This document shows positions 48,779 to 58,644 of a stretch of 64,000 nucleotides of DNA, piece by piece (the stretch's first letter is position 1; each line of letters begins with the position of its first letter). Origin of the DNA: Hyalangium minutum. GTDB lineage: Bacteria > Myxococcota > Myxococcia > Myxococcales > Myxococcaceae. The position numbers and the translations under genes are program-made. The notes under the pieces were generated by a model. It made no database searches and was not told the origin of the DNA. It saw only the letters and a list, made by a program, of their open reading frames with translations. Where the stretch lies: assembly GCF_000737315.1 (NCBI RefSeq), contig NZ_JMCB01000003.1, positions 558,001 through 622,000 on the forward strand, in the 5' to 3' direction.

Positions 48779-49063
48779 ACGCCATGTCGCGCTGCGCGAT
48801 GTTTGGGGAGCAACCGGGCGTGCTTGGCACGACGTCCTGGGCAGGCTCGTTCCAGCGATATTTGCTGATGCCAGGGCGCCCCAGCGTCAGAGCAGGGTTA
48901 CCCCTTGAACCAATACAGCAGGTAGGCGCGGCCTCGCGTGGGGCTGCCGTGACCTCGGGCCGGCGGGGTGCAACCCCAGGCGCGGCTCGCTAGGCTTCGG
49001 TGTCGGACAACCAACAGAACATGCGTTGTGCCGCAGCATCGATTCCCCCTTCTTGAGGCCTGG

Positions 49064-52000
49064 ATGTCATCTCGTCCCCTGTTGTCCGGAGTGTATGTCG
49101 CGCTGACCGCGCTGCTGGTCTTTGCAGCCGGCTGTCATGAAGATCCGCCGCCGCCGCCCAGCGAGCAGCCGGATGCGACGCGCTCGCAGGTGCAGGTGAG
49201 CCGCAGCTCCAACGTGCTGGCCAACGGACGGGACGTCGTCACCCTCACCGTGAAGGTGGTGAAGGCGGATGGTGCGGCGCTGGCGGGCCGCACGGTGAAG
49301 CTGGAGATCAGCGGGGACGGCGCGATCGTCGCGCCGGCCTCGGGCCAGACCAACCCGGAAGGGGTGATGACGGCGACCCTGGTCTCCACCCAGGCCGGGC
49401 TCAAGAAGGTGAAGGCCTCGGTGGAAACGGACGGTGGACCGGTGGTGCTGACCTCCCAGCCCACCGTCGAGTTCATCGAGGTCCCAGCGGCGAAGCTGGC
49501 CTTCCTCAACACGAGCATTCAGGGCACGGCGGGCGCCCCGTTGAGCCCGGCCGTAGAGGTGGAGCTCCAGGATGCCGAGGGCCGTCGCGTCCCAGGCAGC
49601 ACGGCCTCGGTGACCGTGGCCCTGGCGACAGGGCCTTCGGACACGCTGGAAGGCACGCTCACGGTGGCGGCCGTGGATGGGGTCGCGCGCTTCAGCGATC
49701 TCGTCATCCAACAGGTGGGGACGGGCTACTCGCTGCGAGCCACCTCGGGAACGCTGACGGAGGCCACCAGTCCTTCCTTCGCGGTGACTGCCGCGCAAGC
49801 GGCGGTGCTGGAGCTGACAGGGCTTCCGAACAGCCTCGTCGCAGGGAGTTCGGCGGAGGTCCAGGTGACGCTGAAGGATGCCTTGGGCAACGTGGCCACC
49901 GGCTACACGGGCACGGTGCGCTTCACCTCCACGGATGGGGCGGCGGTGCTCCCGAGCGACTACACCTTCACGGCGGCCGACGCGGGGCAGAAGACGTTCA
50001 GCGCGGTGGAGCTGCGCACGGCGGGGTCCCAGTCCCTCACGGCCACGGATACGGTGACTGCCTCGCTGACGGGCACTCAGAGCACCACGGTCTCCCCTGC
50101 TGCGGCCACCAGCCTGAGCCTCTCGGCCCCGGCCTCCGCCACCGCGGGCAGTGCCTTCAGCGTCACGGTCACGGCGCGCGACGCGTTCAGCAACGCGGCC
50201 ACCGGCTACACGGGCACCGTGTCCTTCAGTTCGGATGACACGCGTGCGGCGCTGCCGGGCAGCTACACCTTCACGGCCGCCGATACGGGGGCGCACACCT
50301 TCAGCGTCACTTTGGGCACGACGGGCTCTCAGCCGGTGCGCGTCACCGACGGCACGCGCAACGCCAACGCCACCGTCACCGTCACTCCGGGCGCCGCCAC
50401 CAGCCTGAGCCTCGCTGCGCCCCTCACCGTCATGGCGGACGGCCCCTTCAACGTCACCGTCACGCTGCGGGACGCCTCCGGCAACGTGGCCACCGGCTAC
50501 ACCGGCACGGTCTCCTTCAGCTCGGACGATACGCGCGCAACGCTGCCGGGCAGCTACACCTTCACGGCCGCCGATGCGGGGGCGCACACCTTCAGCGTCA
50601 TCCTGGGCACGGCGGGCTCCCAGCCGCTCCGTGTGACCGACGGCACGCGCAACGCCAACGCCACTGTCACCGTCACACCGGCTACCGCTGCCACCCTGAG
50701 CCTCTCGGCTCCGGCCTCCGCTACGGCGGGCTCGCCCTTCTCCGTAACGGTCACGATGCGGGATACCTCCGGCAACGTGGCCACCGGCTACACCGGCACG
50801 GTGCACTTCACCTCCACGGACGGGGCGGCGGTGCTTCCGGCGGACTACACGTTCACGGCGGCCGACTCGGGGCAGAAGACATTCAGCACGGTGGAGTTGC
50901 GCACGGCGGGGGCTCAGTCCCTCACGGCCGCCGATCGGGTGACCACGACGCTGACGGATACCCGCAGCACCACGGTCTCCGCGGCCGCGGCCTCCAGCTT
51001 GAGCCTCTCCGCCCCGGCCTCTGCCCCCTCGGGCAGTGCCTTCGATGTCACGGTCACGGCCCGTGACGCGTTCAGCAACGTGGCCGCCGGCTACACGGGC
51101 ACTGTCTCCTTCAGCTCCGATGACACACGCGCCGGGCTGCCCACCAGCTACACCTTCACGGCCGCCGACGCAGGCAGCCATACCTTCAGTGTCACCCTGG
51201 GCACGGCAGGCGACCAACCGGTGCGCGTCACCGATGGCACGCGCAACGCCAGCGCCACTGTGAACGTCACCTCGGGGGCCGCCGCCACCCTGAGCCTCTC
51301 GGTCCCCTCCACCGCCACGGCAGGCAGTGCCTTCTCCGTGATGGTGACGCTGCGGGATGGCGCGGGCAACGTGGCCACCGGCTACACGGGCACGGTGCGC
51401 TTCACCTCCACAGACGCGGCGGCAGTGCTTCCAGGCGATTACACCTTCACCGCCGGCGACGCGGGGCAGAAGACGTTCAGCACGGTGGAGTTGCGCACGG
51501 CGGGGTCCCAGTCCCTCACGGCCACGGACACAGTGACCGCGACGATGACGGACACCCGCAGCACCACGGTCTCCCCTGGCGCGGCCGCCAGCCTGAGCCT
51601 CTCGGCCCCGGCCTCCGCCACCGCGGGCAGCGCCTTCAACGTCACCGTGCTGGCGCGCGACGCGTTCAACAACGTGGCCACCGGCTACACGGGTGCCGTG
51701 TCCTTCAGCTCGGATGACACGCGCGCGGCGCTGCCGAGCAGCTACACCTTCACGGCCGCCGACGCGGGCAGCCACACCTTCAGCGTCACCCTGGGCACGG
51801 TGGGCTCCCAGCCGGTGCGCGTCACCGACGGCACGCGCAACGCCAGTGCCACCGTCACCGTCAACCCGGGCGTCGCCGCCAGCCTGAGCCTCTCCGCCCC
51901 AGCCTCCGCCACCGCGGGCAGCGCCTTCAACGTCACGGTCACGGTCCGTGATGCCTCCGGCAACGTGGCCACCGGCTACACGGGCGCCGTGTCCTTCAGC

Positions 52001-55000
52001 TCGGATGACACGCGCGCGACGCTGCCGGGCAGCTACACCTTCACGGCAGCCGACGCAGGCAGCCACGCCTTCAGCGTCACCTTGGGTACGACGGGCAGCC
52101 AGCCCGTCCGGGTGACGGATGGCACACTCAACGCCAGCACCACCGTGAGTGTCACCCCAGCCGCCGCCGCGACCTTAAGCCTTTCGGTCCCGGCCTCTGC
52201 CACTGCGGGCAGCCCCTTCAACGTCACTGTCACGCTGCGAGACAGCTTCGGCAACGTGGCCACCGGCTACACGGGCACGGTGCACTTCACCTCGACGGAT
52301 GGAGCGTCGGTGCTCCCGGCGGACTCCACCTTCACGGCCGCGGACGCGGGGCAGAAGACGTTCAGCACGGTGGAACTGCGCACGGCGGGGTCTCAGTCCC
52401 TCACGGCCACGGACACAGTGACCGCGACGATGACGGACACCCGCAGCACCACGGTCTCCCCTGGCGCGGCCGCCAGCCTGAGCCTCTCGGCCCCGGCCTC
52501 CACCACCGCGGGCAGTCCCTTCGCGGTCACAGTGACAGCGCGCGACGCGTTCAACAACGTGGCCACCGGCTACACGGGCACCGTGTCCTTCAGCTCGGAT
52601 GACACGCGCGCGACGCTGCCGGGCAGCTACACCTTCACGGCCGCCAACGCGGGCAGCCGCGCCTTCAGCGTCACCTTGGGCACGGTGGGCTCCCAGCCGG
52701 TGCGCGTCACCGACGGCACGCGCAACGCCAGCGCCACCGTCACCGTCACTCCGGGCGCCGCCTCGAACCTGACCCTCTCGGCCCCAGCCTCTGCCACCGC
52801 GGGCAGCGCCTTCAACGTCACGGTCACGGCCCGCGATGCCTCCGGCAACATCGCCACCGGCTACAACGGCATGGTGTCCTTCACCTCGACCGATCCGGCC
52901 GCGGTGCTGCCGGGCATCTACCTCTTCACGCCGGGAGACGCGGGCGTGGCCTCCGTGTCCGTGGAGCTGCGCACTGCGGGGAACCGCACCATCACCGCGA
53001 CGGACACCCTCGATGCGGGGCTCACGCACACCGTGGCGGTGGCGGTCTCGGCCGGTGCTCCGGCGCAGCTCGCGTTCACCACGCAGCCACAGAGCGGCAC
53101 CGTGCGCGCGACCCTGGCCACGGTGCGTGTGGAGATCAGGGATGCCTACGGCAACACCTCCACTGCCTCGAGCCCCTCCGTGACGGTGAGCCTCACGGGC
53201 GGCAACCCTGCCTCTACGCTGAGTGGGACACGGACCGTCTCACCGGCCAGTGGCGTGGCCACGTTCTCGTCTCTCTCCATCGACCAGGAGGGCACGGGCT
53301 TCCAGCTCGTGGCCGCCGCCACGGGCCTGACGGGGGCCACGAGCACGGCTTTCCAGATCGTGGACAACCTGGCTCCGGCCGCGGCGGTCCTCACCGCCAC
53401 ACAGGCCTCGTCCTCCAGCATCCAGGTGTCGTGGACGGCGGTGGGCGATGACGGCACCCTGGGCACCGCCGCGAGCCACGATCTGCGCTACGCCACCGCT
53501 CCCATCACCAACGATGCGCAGTTCACCGCGGCCACGCCCGTTTCCCTGGCCGCGCCTCAGCCCCCGGGGAGCGCCGAGTCGGCCACCGTCACGGGACTGA
53601 ACCTCACGTCCACGTACTACTTCGCGCTCAAGGTCTTCGACGGGGCGGGCAACTCCAGCCTCTCGAACAGCCCCGGCGCGGGCGGCTCGGATCCCTGCGC
53701 GTCCGTCACGTGCACGCCGCCGGCCACAACGTGCTCGGCCAATGGCCGGAGCGTCGTCACCTACACCTCGGCGTGCGTGGACTCCGGAGGCGTGGGCGTC
53801 TGCCAAAACACCCCGACAAGCACGCTGTGCGCTTCGAACCAGACCTGCAACGCCGGCGCGTGCGTGCCAGTTACCGCGGCCAGCCAGCAGGGCCAGATCA
53901 TCATCAGTGAGTTCAGCGCCCTCGGCGCGGAGTTCATCGAGTTGCGCAACACCACGGCCACGGCCATCGACGTGCGGGGCTACACGCTGCGCAACATCGC
54001 AGGCCAGGAGGTGGATATCCGCGCTCCGAACGACCCGAACGGCACGGGCTCCACCCCGGTGCAGGTGCCCGCCAACGGCGTGCTCTACGGCATCCCCAAC
54101 CCGTCCAGCTCTGTCCCGGGAGGCGTGGGCTTCATCTACGGCGCGCCGGGCACCTCCTTCGCGCTGGCGGACACAGGGGACGCGCTCGCGCTCTACGCGG
54201 CGCCTCCGGCGGGCAACCTGCAGGACCTGGTGGACTTCCGCACCTTCGTCACCAACCCGAACACGCCACTGACGGCGAGCGCCTTCGTGGGCTTCTCCGG
54301 CAGCTCCACCCAGCTGGAACCCACCACATCCACGGCGGCTGGCAACGACACGGCCACCAACTGGTGCGTGAGCTTCTACCCGAACGGGGCTCGCGGCTCG
54401 CGCGTCACGAACACGGCGGGCGCTCTCAACGGCAGCTGCAAGGTGGCCGTCATCAACGAAGTCATCATCGATCCGCCGGGCACGGACGATCAGAAGTCCT
54501 TCGTGGAGCTGGCCGGCCCGGGTGGAGCCGTCATCGGCGGAGCAAAGATCACGGACGTGGAAGGTCTCGGGGGCACGGCGGGCGCACTGAATGCGGATGG
54601 AGATCTCAGCACGGGCGAGACGGACGGCGAGTTCACCCTCCCCGCCGGCACACGCTTCCCTGCGGATGGCATCCTGCTGGTGGCGGACGCGAACTCGTCG
54701 GTGACCTCGACTCAGGTGGTGGGCTTCACGCCGGGAGTGGACGTCCTGGCCCGGGACATGGACGTGGAGAACTCCGGAGGAGACTCCATCCAACTGGTCT
54801 CCGCCACGGGCACCCTGCTCGATGCGGTGGGCCATGACGCCAACGGCGCCACCCTGGCCACCAACGTGGCCTACAACGGCCTGGCCCTGTACGAGACGGC
54901 CACCGCGCTGACACCCACGACGCCAGCCGGCACTGCGGCCCCCTCGCTCGCTCGCAATACGCTGAGCACGGACACCGACAACAACCGCAACGACTTCCGG

Positions 55001-55756
55001 GCGGATCCCACGCCCACGCCTGGCTCGCCCAATGACGCCCTCAACCTCACCGTCTCCACGTTGTTCCCGGACGACGGACCGGCCACCGCGGGAGCCTCCA
55101 GCGTCCTGGTGACCGGAACGGATATCTCTCCGGGGTTCCGGGCGGCGTTCGGAGCCAACCCTTCGCAGCCCTGCACGGTGGCCAGCCCCACCTCCGCCAC
55201 CTGTAGCGTGGTGAGCAACACTGGCAACGCCGTGGCGAGGGTGAACGTGACGTTCTCCAACCCGGCGAGCGTGGGGACTCCCAACTTCGTCCTCCCCAGC
55301 GGATTCACCTACACGGGCAACGAGAACGAGACGAACAGCATGCTGGAGGCGGACTACTGCAACCTCCAGTTCCCCGCGAGCTTCTCGGTGCCGTCCAACA
55401 CGGCGACACCGCTGCTCTACGGCCGCATCTTCGAGACGAGCATCACCGAGTCCATGGGAGCGCCCTCGGGCATCCTGGCCGAGGTGGGCTATGGCAACAA
55501 CGGCACGGACCCGCGAAGCACCAACTCGTGGAAGTTCTTCTCCGCGAACTACAACGTGCAGGTCGGCAACGATGATGAGTTCTCAGGCTCGTTCACGGCG
55601 CCCACCGTGGCGTCGAACACGAACTTCTCGTACACATTCCGGTTCAGCCAGGACAACGGGCTGAAATGGACCTACTGCGACCTGAACGGAGCGGGCTCCA
55701 ACACGGGCATGAACTTCGAGACGACGCAGATGGGTGTGATGACGGTCACTCCCTAA
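49064..55756 (+). CDS. Giant surface lipoprotein/adhesin: Big_1 Ig domain, 11 Ig-like repeats, FN3, Cys-rich segment, 2 lamin-tail domains, IPT/TIG, myxobacterial C-terminal domain
   Basis: Lipobox FAAGC after start MSSRPLL (49064); ANGRDVVTLTV (invasin-like); repeated GNVATGYTGTV units; SWTAVGDDG (FN3); IISEF..EFIEL and INEV..SFVEL (LTD); EADYCNLQFP...WTYCD. Confidence 0.88.
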   Translation: MSSRPLLSGVYVALTALLVFAAGCHEDPPPPPSEQPDATRSQVQVSRSSNVLANGRDVVTLTVKVVKADGAALAGRTVKLEISGDGAIVAPASGQTNPEGVMTATLVSTQAGLKKVKASVETDGGPVVLTSQPTVEFIEVPAAKLAFLNTSIQGTAGAPLSPAVEVELQDAEGRRVPGSTASVTVALATGPSDTLEGTLTVAAVDGVARFSDLVIQQVGTGYSLRATSGTLTEATSPSFAVTAAQAAVLELTGLPNSLVAGSSAEVQVTLKDALGNVATGYTGTVRFTSTDGAAVLPSDYTFTAADAGQKTFSAVELRTAGSQSLTATDTVTASLTGTQSTTVSPAAATSLSLSAPASATAGSAFSVTVTARDAFSNAATGYTGTVSFSSDDTRAALPGSYTFTAADTGAHTFSVTLGTTGSQPVRVTDGTRNANATVTVTPGAATSLSLAAPLTVMADGPFNVTVTLRDASGNVATGYTGTVSFSSDDTRATLPGSYTFTAADAGAHTFSVILGTAGSQPLRVTDGTRNANATVTVTPATAATLSLSAPASATAGSPFSVTVTMRDTSGNVATGYTGTVHFTSTDGAAVLPADYTFTAADSGQKTFSTVELRTAGAQSLTAADRVTTTLTDTRSTTVSAAAASSLSLSAPASAPSGSAFDVTVTARDAFSNVAAGYTGTVSFSSDDTRAGLPTSYTFTAADAGSHTFSVTLGTAGDQPVRVTDGTRNASATVNVTSGAAATLSLSVPSTATAGSAFSVMVTLRDGAGNVATGYTGTVRFTSTDAAAVLPGDYTFTAGDAGQKTFSTVELRTAGSQSLTATDTVTATMTDTRSTTVSPGAAASLSLSAPASATAGSAFNVTVLARDAFNNVATGYTGAVSFSSDDTRAALPSSYTFTAADAGSHTFSVTLGTVGSQPVRVTDGTRNASATVTVNPGVAASLSLSAPASATAGSAFNVTVTVRDASGNVATGYTGAVSFSSDDTRATLPGSYTFTAADAGSHAFSVTLGTTGSQPVRVTDGTLNASTTVSVTPAAAATLSLSVPASATAGSPFNVTVTLRDSFGNVATGYTGTVHFTSTDGASVLPADSTFTAADAGQKTFSTVELRTAGSQSLTATDTVTATMTDTRSTTVSPGAAASLSLSAPASTTAGSPFAVTVTARDAFNNVATGYTGTVSFSSDDTRATLPGSYTFTAANAGSRAFSVTLGTVGSQPVRVTDGTRNASATVTVTPGAASNLTLSAPASATAGSAFNVTVTARDASGNIATGYNGMVSFTSTDPAAVLPGIYLFTPGDAGVASVSVELRTAGNRTITATDTLDAGLTHTVAVAVSAGAPAQLAFTTQPQSGTVRATLATVRVEIRDAYGNTSTASSPSVTVSLTGGNPASTLSGTRTVSPASGVATFSSLSIDQEGTGFQLVAAATGLTGATSTAFQIVDNLAPAAAVLTATQASSSSIQVSWTAVGDDGTLGTAASHDLRYATAPITNDAQFTAATPVSLAAPQPPGSAESATVTGLNLTSTYYFALKVFDGAGNSSLSNSPGAGGSDPCASVTCTPPATTCSANGRSVVTYTSACVDSGGVGVCQNTPTSTLCASNQTCNAGACVPVTAASQQGQIIISEFSALGAEFIELRNTTATAIDVRGYTLRNIAGQEVDIRAPNDPNGTGSTPVQVPANGVLYGIPNPSSSVPGGVGFIYGAPGTSFALADTGDALALYAAPPAGNLQDLVDFRTFVTNPNTPLTASAFVGFSGSSTQLEPTTSTAAGNDTATNWCVSFYPNGARGSRVTNTAGALNGSCKVAVINEVIIDPPGTDDQKSFVELAGPGGAVIGGAKITDVEGLGGTAGALNADGDLSTGETDGEFTLPAGTRFPADGILLVADANSSVTSTQVVGFTPGVDVLARDMDVENSGGDSIQLVSATGTLLDAVGHDANGATLATNVAYNGLALYETATALTPTTPAGTAAPSLARNTLSTDTDNNRNDFRADPTPTPGSPNDALNLTVSTLFPDDGPATAGASSVLVTGTDISPGFRAAFGANPSQPCTVASPTSATCSVVSNTGNAVARVNVTFSNPASVGTPNFVLPSGFTYTGNENETNSMLEADYCNLQFPASFSVPSNTATPLLYGRIFETSITESMGAPSGILAEVGYGNNGTDPRSTNSWKFFSANYNVQVGNDDEFSGSFTAPTVASNTNFSYTFRFSQDNGLKWTYCDLNGAGSNTGMNFETTQMGVMTVTP
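49800..53060 (+). repeat. Intragenic tandem Ig-like repeats with a higher-order (ABBAB)x2+A' structure
   Basis: The conserved caacg(t/c)ggcc-type anchor occurs at 49888, 50191, 50482, 50773, 51076, 51367, 51670, 51961, 52252, 52555 and 52846. Spacings are 303, 291, 291, 303, 291, repeated twice (1479-bp period). Confidence 0.92.
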
Positions 55757-56355
55757 GCCGGCACGGGGATCTGCAGGCAGTACCTCCCGAACCCCACCAG
55801 CGAGCTGAAGCGCGGGTGGAGGTCCGGGGGGTACTCGAACCGGCGGGCAGCCCGGGCCAGCTCGGCGAGGTGAGCGTGGTAGCCGCCCGCGATCGCCGAG
55901 AGCATGGGCGCGAGCGGATCCTCTCCCGAAGCCACCTCCCCCGCGGCGCGCTCCAGCGCTTCGAGCCCGCCTGGGTATGACTGGAGCAACTGCAGGTCGT
56001 AGGCGATCACGCCGTCCTCATGGAACGAGGACAGCAGGTGCTTGATCAGGACGTGCGGCGTGGCGAGCAGCCCATTCCAGACGATCACCTGCTGGGGGCA
56101 GTAGAGGAGCTGGAGCGGAACCCGGAGCAGAATGTGGCCCCAGAGACTCCGGCGGTTGGCGGCGTGCTCGATGGGCGTCTCATTGAACGCGAAGGGCAGC
56201 ATCTCGAGCGTCGCGGCCTTCACCTGTGCCGGATGAGGAACCGCCTCCAGGAGGCCCTGCGCGACGAAGAACTCGAACCGAGGCTCCCAGCCGCTGTCCC
56301 GGCAGAGCCCCACCTTCAGCCCCAGCTCGAACACCCGCTCTATCGTCAATGACAT
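55753..56355 (-). CDS. Hypothetical protein, HED-YDLQLL family paralogue 1
   Basis: 200-aa ORF, clearly collinear with 58027-58644 (RVPLQ, KHLLS..HED...YDLQLLQS, RFEYP, PRF..LVGF..C). Confidence 0.82.
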   Translation of the reverse strand: MSLTIERVFELGLKVGLCRDSGWEPRFEFFVAQGLLEAVPHPAQVKAATLEMLPFAFNETPIEHAANRRSLWGHILLRVPLQLLYCPQQVIVWNGLLATPHVLIKHLLSSFHEDGVIAYDLQLLQSYPGGLEALERAAGEVASGEDPLAPMLSAIAGGYHAHLAELARAARRFEYPPDLHPRFSSLVGFGRYCLQIPVPA

Positions 56356-56399
56356 GGGAAGCCTGTCCTGTCGGCGGCCGCTACTCTAGAACAAGGGCC

Positions 56400-57182
56400 A
56401 TGGACCCAAAACCCGGAGGGCTCAAGTACAGGACGGCGCTCATCACCGGAGCCTCAGGAGGAATCGGGCGCGGGCTGGCCGCGTGGTTTGCTCGGCGCGA
56501 AGTGAAGGTCTTCGGTGCCGCTCGCCGCTTGGAGGAACTCGAAGCGCTCGCGCGAGAGCTCCAGGGACAGGGAGAGCTCATCCCGGTAAGGCTGGATGTG
56601 GCCGACGCCCGGGCGACCCTGGAGACCCTGCGATCGATCGACGATGCGTGTGGAGGGCTCGACCTCGTCGTGGCGAACGCGGCCGTGGCACTGGAGACTC
56701 CGGGAGACGCGCCCTCATGGGATGCGGTGGAGCGGATCCTCGACGTGAACGTCCGAGGGGCCGCCGCCACGCTCACCGCAGTGGCAGACCGGATGGCCTC
56801 ACGCGGCCGTGGCCACCTGGTGGGCATGTCCTCCCTGGGTGGAGGACGCGGTGTCCCCCGGCACAACACCTACAGCGCGTCCAAGGCCTTCCTCACCAAC
56901 TTCCTCGAAGGGCTGCGGATCGAGCTCGCGCCCCGAGGGGTTCAGGTGACCACCATCCATCCTGGCTTCGTGAAGACCCCCGGCACGGCGGGCAACACGT
57001 TCAAGATGCCGTTCCTGCTCGAGCTCGACGATGCGGCCGAGCGCATCGGCCGCGCCATCGTGCGAGGCTCGGCTGAGTTCTCGTTCCCCTGGCAGACGGC
57101 GCTGATGGCGAAGCTGGTGCGGATGCTCCCGAATGCGCTCTGGGATCGCGCCGCGAGGAGCCTGGGGCCTGGACGCGAGTAA
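56400..57182 (+). CDS. Short-chain dehydrogenase/reductase (SDR)
   Basis: TGASGGIG, VANAA, YSASK, HPGFVKTP; start MDPKPGG at 56400. Confidence 0.92.
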   Translation: MDPKPGGLKYRTALITGASGGIGRGLAAWFARREVKVFGAARRLEELEALARELQGQGELIPVRLDVADARATLETLRSIDDACGGLDLVVANAAVALETPGDAPSWDAVERILDVNVRGAAATLTAVADRMASRGRGHLVGMSSLGGGRGVPRHNTYSASKAFLTNFLEGLRIELAPRGVQVTTIHPGFVKTPGTAGNTFKMPFLLELDDAAERIGRAIVRGSAEFSFPWQTALMAKLVRMLPNALWDRAARSLGPGRE

Positions 57183-57211
57183 GCAACGGATCCGTGGCAT
57201 AGTGCGGCGCG

Positions 57212-58027
57212 ATGAAGGGTGCCGAATCCCCCGTGGATACCGTCTCCGAGCCCTACTTCGAGCGCCTGTGCGAGCTGGCGGCGCGCGACCAGTGGCGGCT
57301 CGAGGATCTCGACTGGCACACGCTCGATGTGGCGGCACTCCCGGAGGAGTTCCGGCAGACCGCGGCCGATGGCTTCGCGCAGCTCCAGTGGGGAGAGCGG
57401 ACCGCGCAGCACGCGGCGGCGAGGCTCGTGGAGCTCCTGCCCGAGGGCTCCGCGCGAGCGTTCCTCGTGACGCAGCGCACGGACGAGGCCCGGCACGTGG
57501 CCTTCTTCGAGCGAGTCATGCAGGTGCTCGGCTGTGAGGGGCGCGTGAGGCCCTCGGTGCAGCGGCTGATGCGCGAGGTCCAGGAGGCCGACACGCCCGA
57601 GGCGCTGGTGCTCGGCATGCAGATCCTCATCGAGGGCGTGGCCCACTCGCTCTTCCAGGAGGCGGCCAAGGTGGTCAACGGCTTCGAGGCGGACGAGAGC
57701 CTCGCGGGCCCGCTCCAGGCGCTGAAGAAGGTCATGGGCGAGTGGATGCCTCGGCTGCTCGCGAGAGACGAGAGCCGGCACATCGCCTTTGGGATCCACT
57801 ACCTGCGCCAGCGCCTGCCCCGGCTCGACGGCGCGTCCCGGCGCCAGTTGGAAGAGAAGGTCTCGCTGTGGGGCGAGTGGGTGCTGGAGCAGGCCCGGGA
57901 TCCGGATCTCGTGTACGGGATTGGCATCGACGGCGAGGCGGTGTGCGGGCAGCTGCTCGAGGATCTGAACCTCCGCCTCGGGCAGGTGGGGCTCGAGACG
58001 CGGATCGCACCCTTGAAGGCGGCGTGA
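57212..58027 (+). CDS. Ferritin-like di-iron carboxylate enzyme (R2lox/desaturase/ADO-like fold)
   Basis: Four-helix ligand pattern WGE...DEARH...IEG...DESRH. Confidence 0.85.
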   Translation: MKGAESPVDTVSEPYFERLCELAARDQWRLEDLDWHTLDVAALPEEFRQTAADGFAQLQWGERTAQHAAARLVELLPEGSARAFLVTQRTDEARHVAFFERVMQVLGCEGRVRPSVQRLMREVQEADTPEALVLGMQILIEGVAHSLFQEAAKVVNGFEADESLAGPLQALKKVMGEWMPRLLARDESRHIAFGIHYLRQRLPRLDGASRRQLEEKVSLWGEWVLEQARDPDLVYGIGIDGEAVCGQLLEDLNLRLGQVGLETRIAPLKAA

Positions 58028-58644
58028 TGGGCACCGAGCAATCCATCCAGGAGCGGATCGGCTTCTTCGTGAAGCACGGGTACCTCGATCGGCTGCCGAC
58101 GCCCTGGCAATTGAAGGTGGGCTGGCTGGCGATGCTGCCCATCACCCTGAGCGAGAGCGAGCGGGAGCGAGAGCGCAGCCGGAACACACTGATGGGGCAG
58201 ATCCCCATCCGGGTGCCGCTTCAGGTCCTCTACAGCCCGAGACAGTTCGTCACGGACACGGGGATCACCCAGGGCTCGGAGGCCCTCGTGAAGCACGTGC
58301 TCAGCGTGTACCACGAGGATGCGTTCCTCGGTTACGACCTGCAGTTGTTGCAGTCGCATCCCAACGGCCTGGCGCTGCTGCGCGAAGAGGCGGCGAAGGT
58401 TGTCGAGGGCAAGACGCTCTGGGCGCCTTACCTGCGCAAGCTGGTGGGCTGGCCGGGCTACCACGAGGGGCTCATCCGGCTGGCAGAGGCGGCCGAGCGC
58501 TTCGAGTACCCGGATCCGCTGGATCTCGATCCGCGCTTCGCGACGCTGGTGGGCTTCTCGGAGTTCTGCTGCTCGATGCCGGACTGGCCTCCGAGCGGGT
58601 TCTACGGCTTCGAGTTCGAGAAGGTCTTCTCGCGGTGGAAGTGA
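58027..58644 (+). CDS. Hypothetical protein, HED-YDLQLL family paralogue 2
   Basis: ATG overlaps the TGA of the di-iron gene (58025-58029); 205 aa; collinear with 55753-56355. Confidence 0.85.
   Translation: MGTEQSIQERIGFFVKHGYLDRLPTPWQLKVGWLAMLPITLSESERERERSRNTLMGQIPIRVPLQVLYSPRQFVTDTGITQGSEALVKHVLSVYHEDAFLGYDLQLLQSHPNGLALLREEAAKVVEGKTLWAPYLRKLVGWPGYHEGLIRLAEAAERFEYPDPLDLDPRFATLVGFSEFCCSMPDWPPSGFYGFEFEKVFSRWK

Noticed and set aside
48780-49060. Short GC palindromes upstream of the adhesin (GGGTTACCCC, GGGGTGCAACCCC)
   Set aside because: Too short and GC-rich to exceed chance, and no riboswitch-like fold (e.g. cobalamin) was recognisable by eye.
55753-55756. Overlapping stop codons of the convergent adhesin and hypothetical genes
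   Set aside because: This is common in compact GC-rich genomes and carries no specific functional signal.
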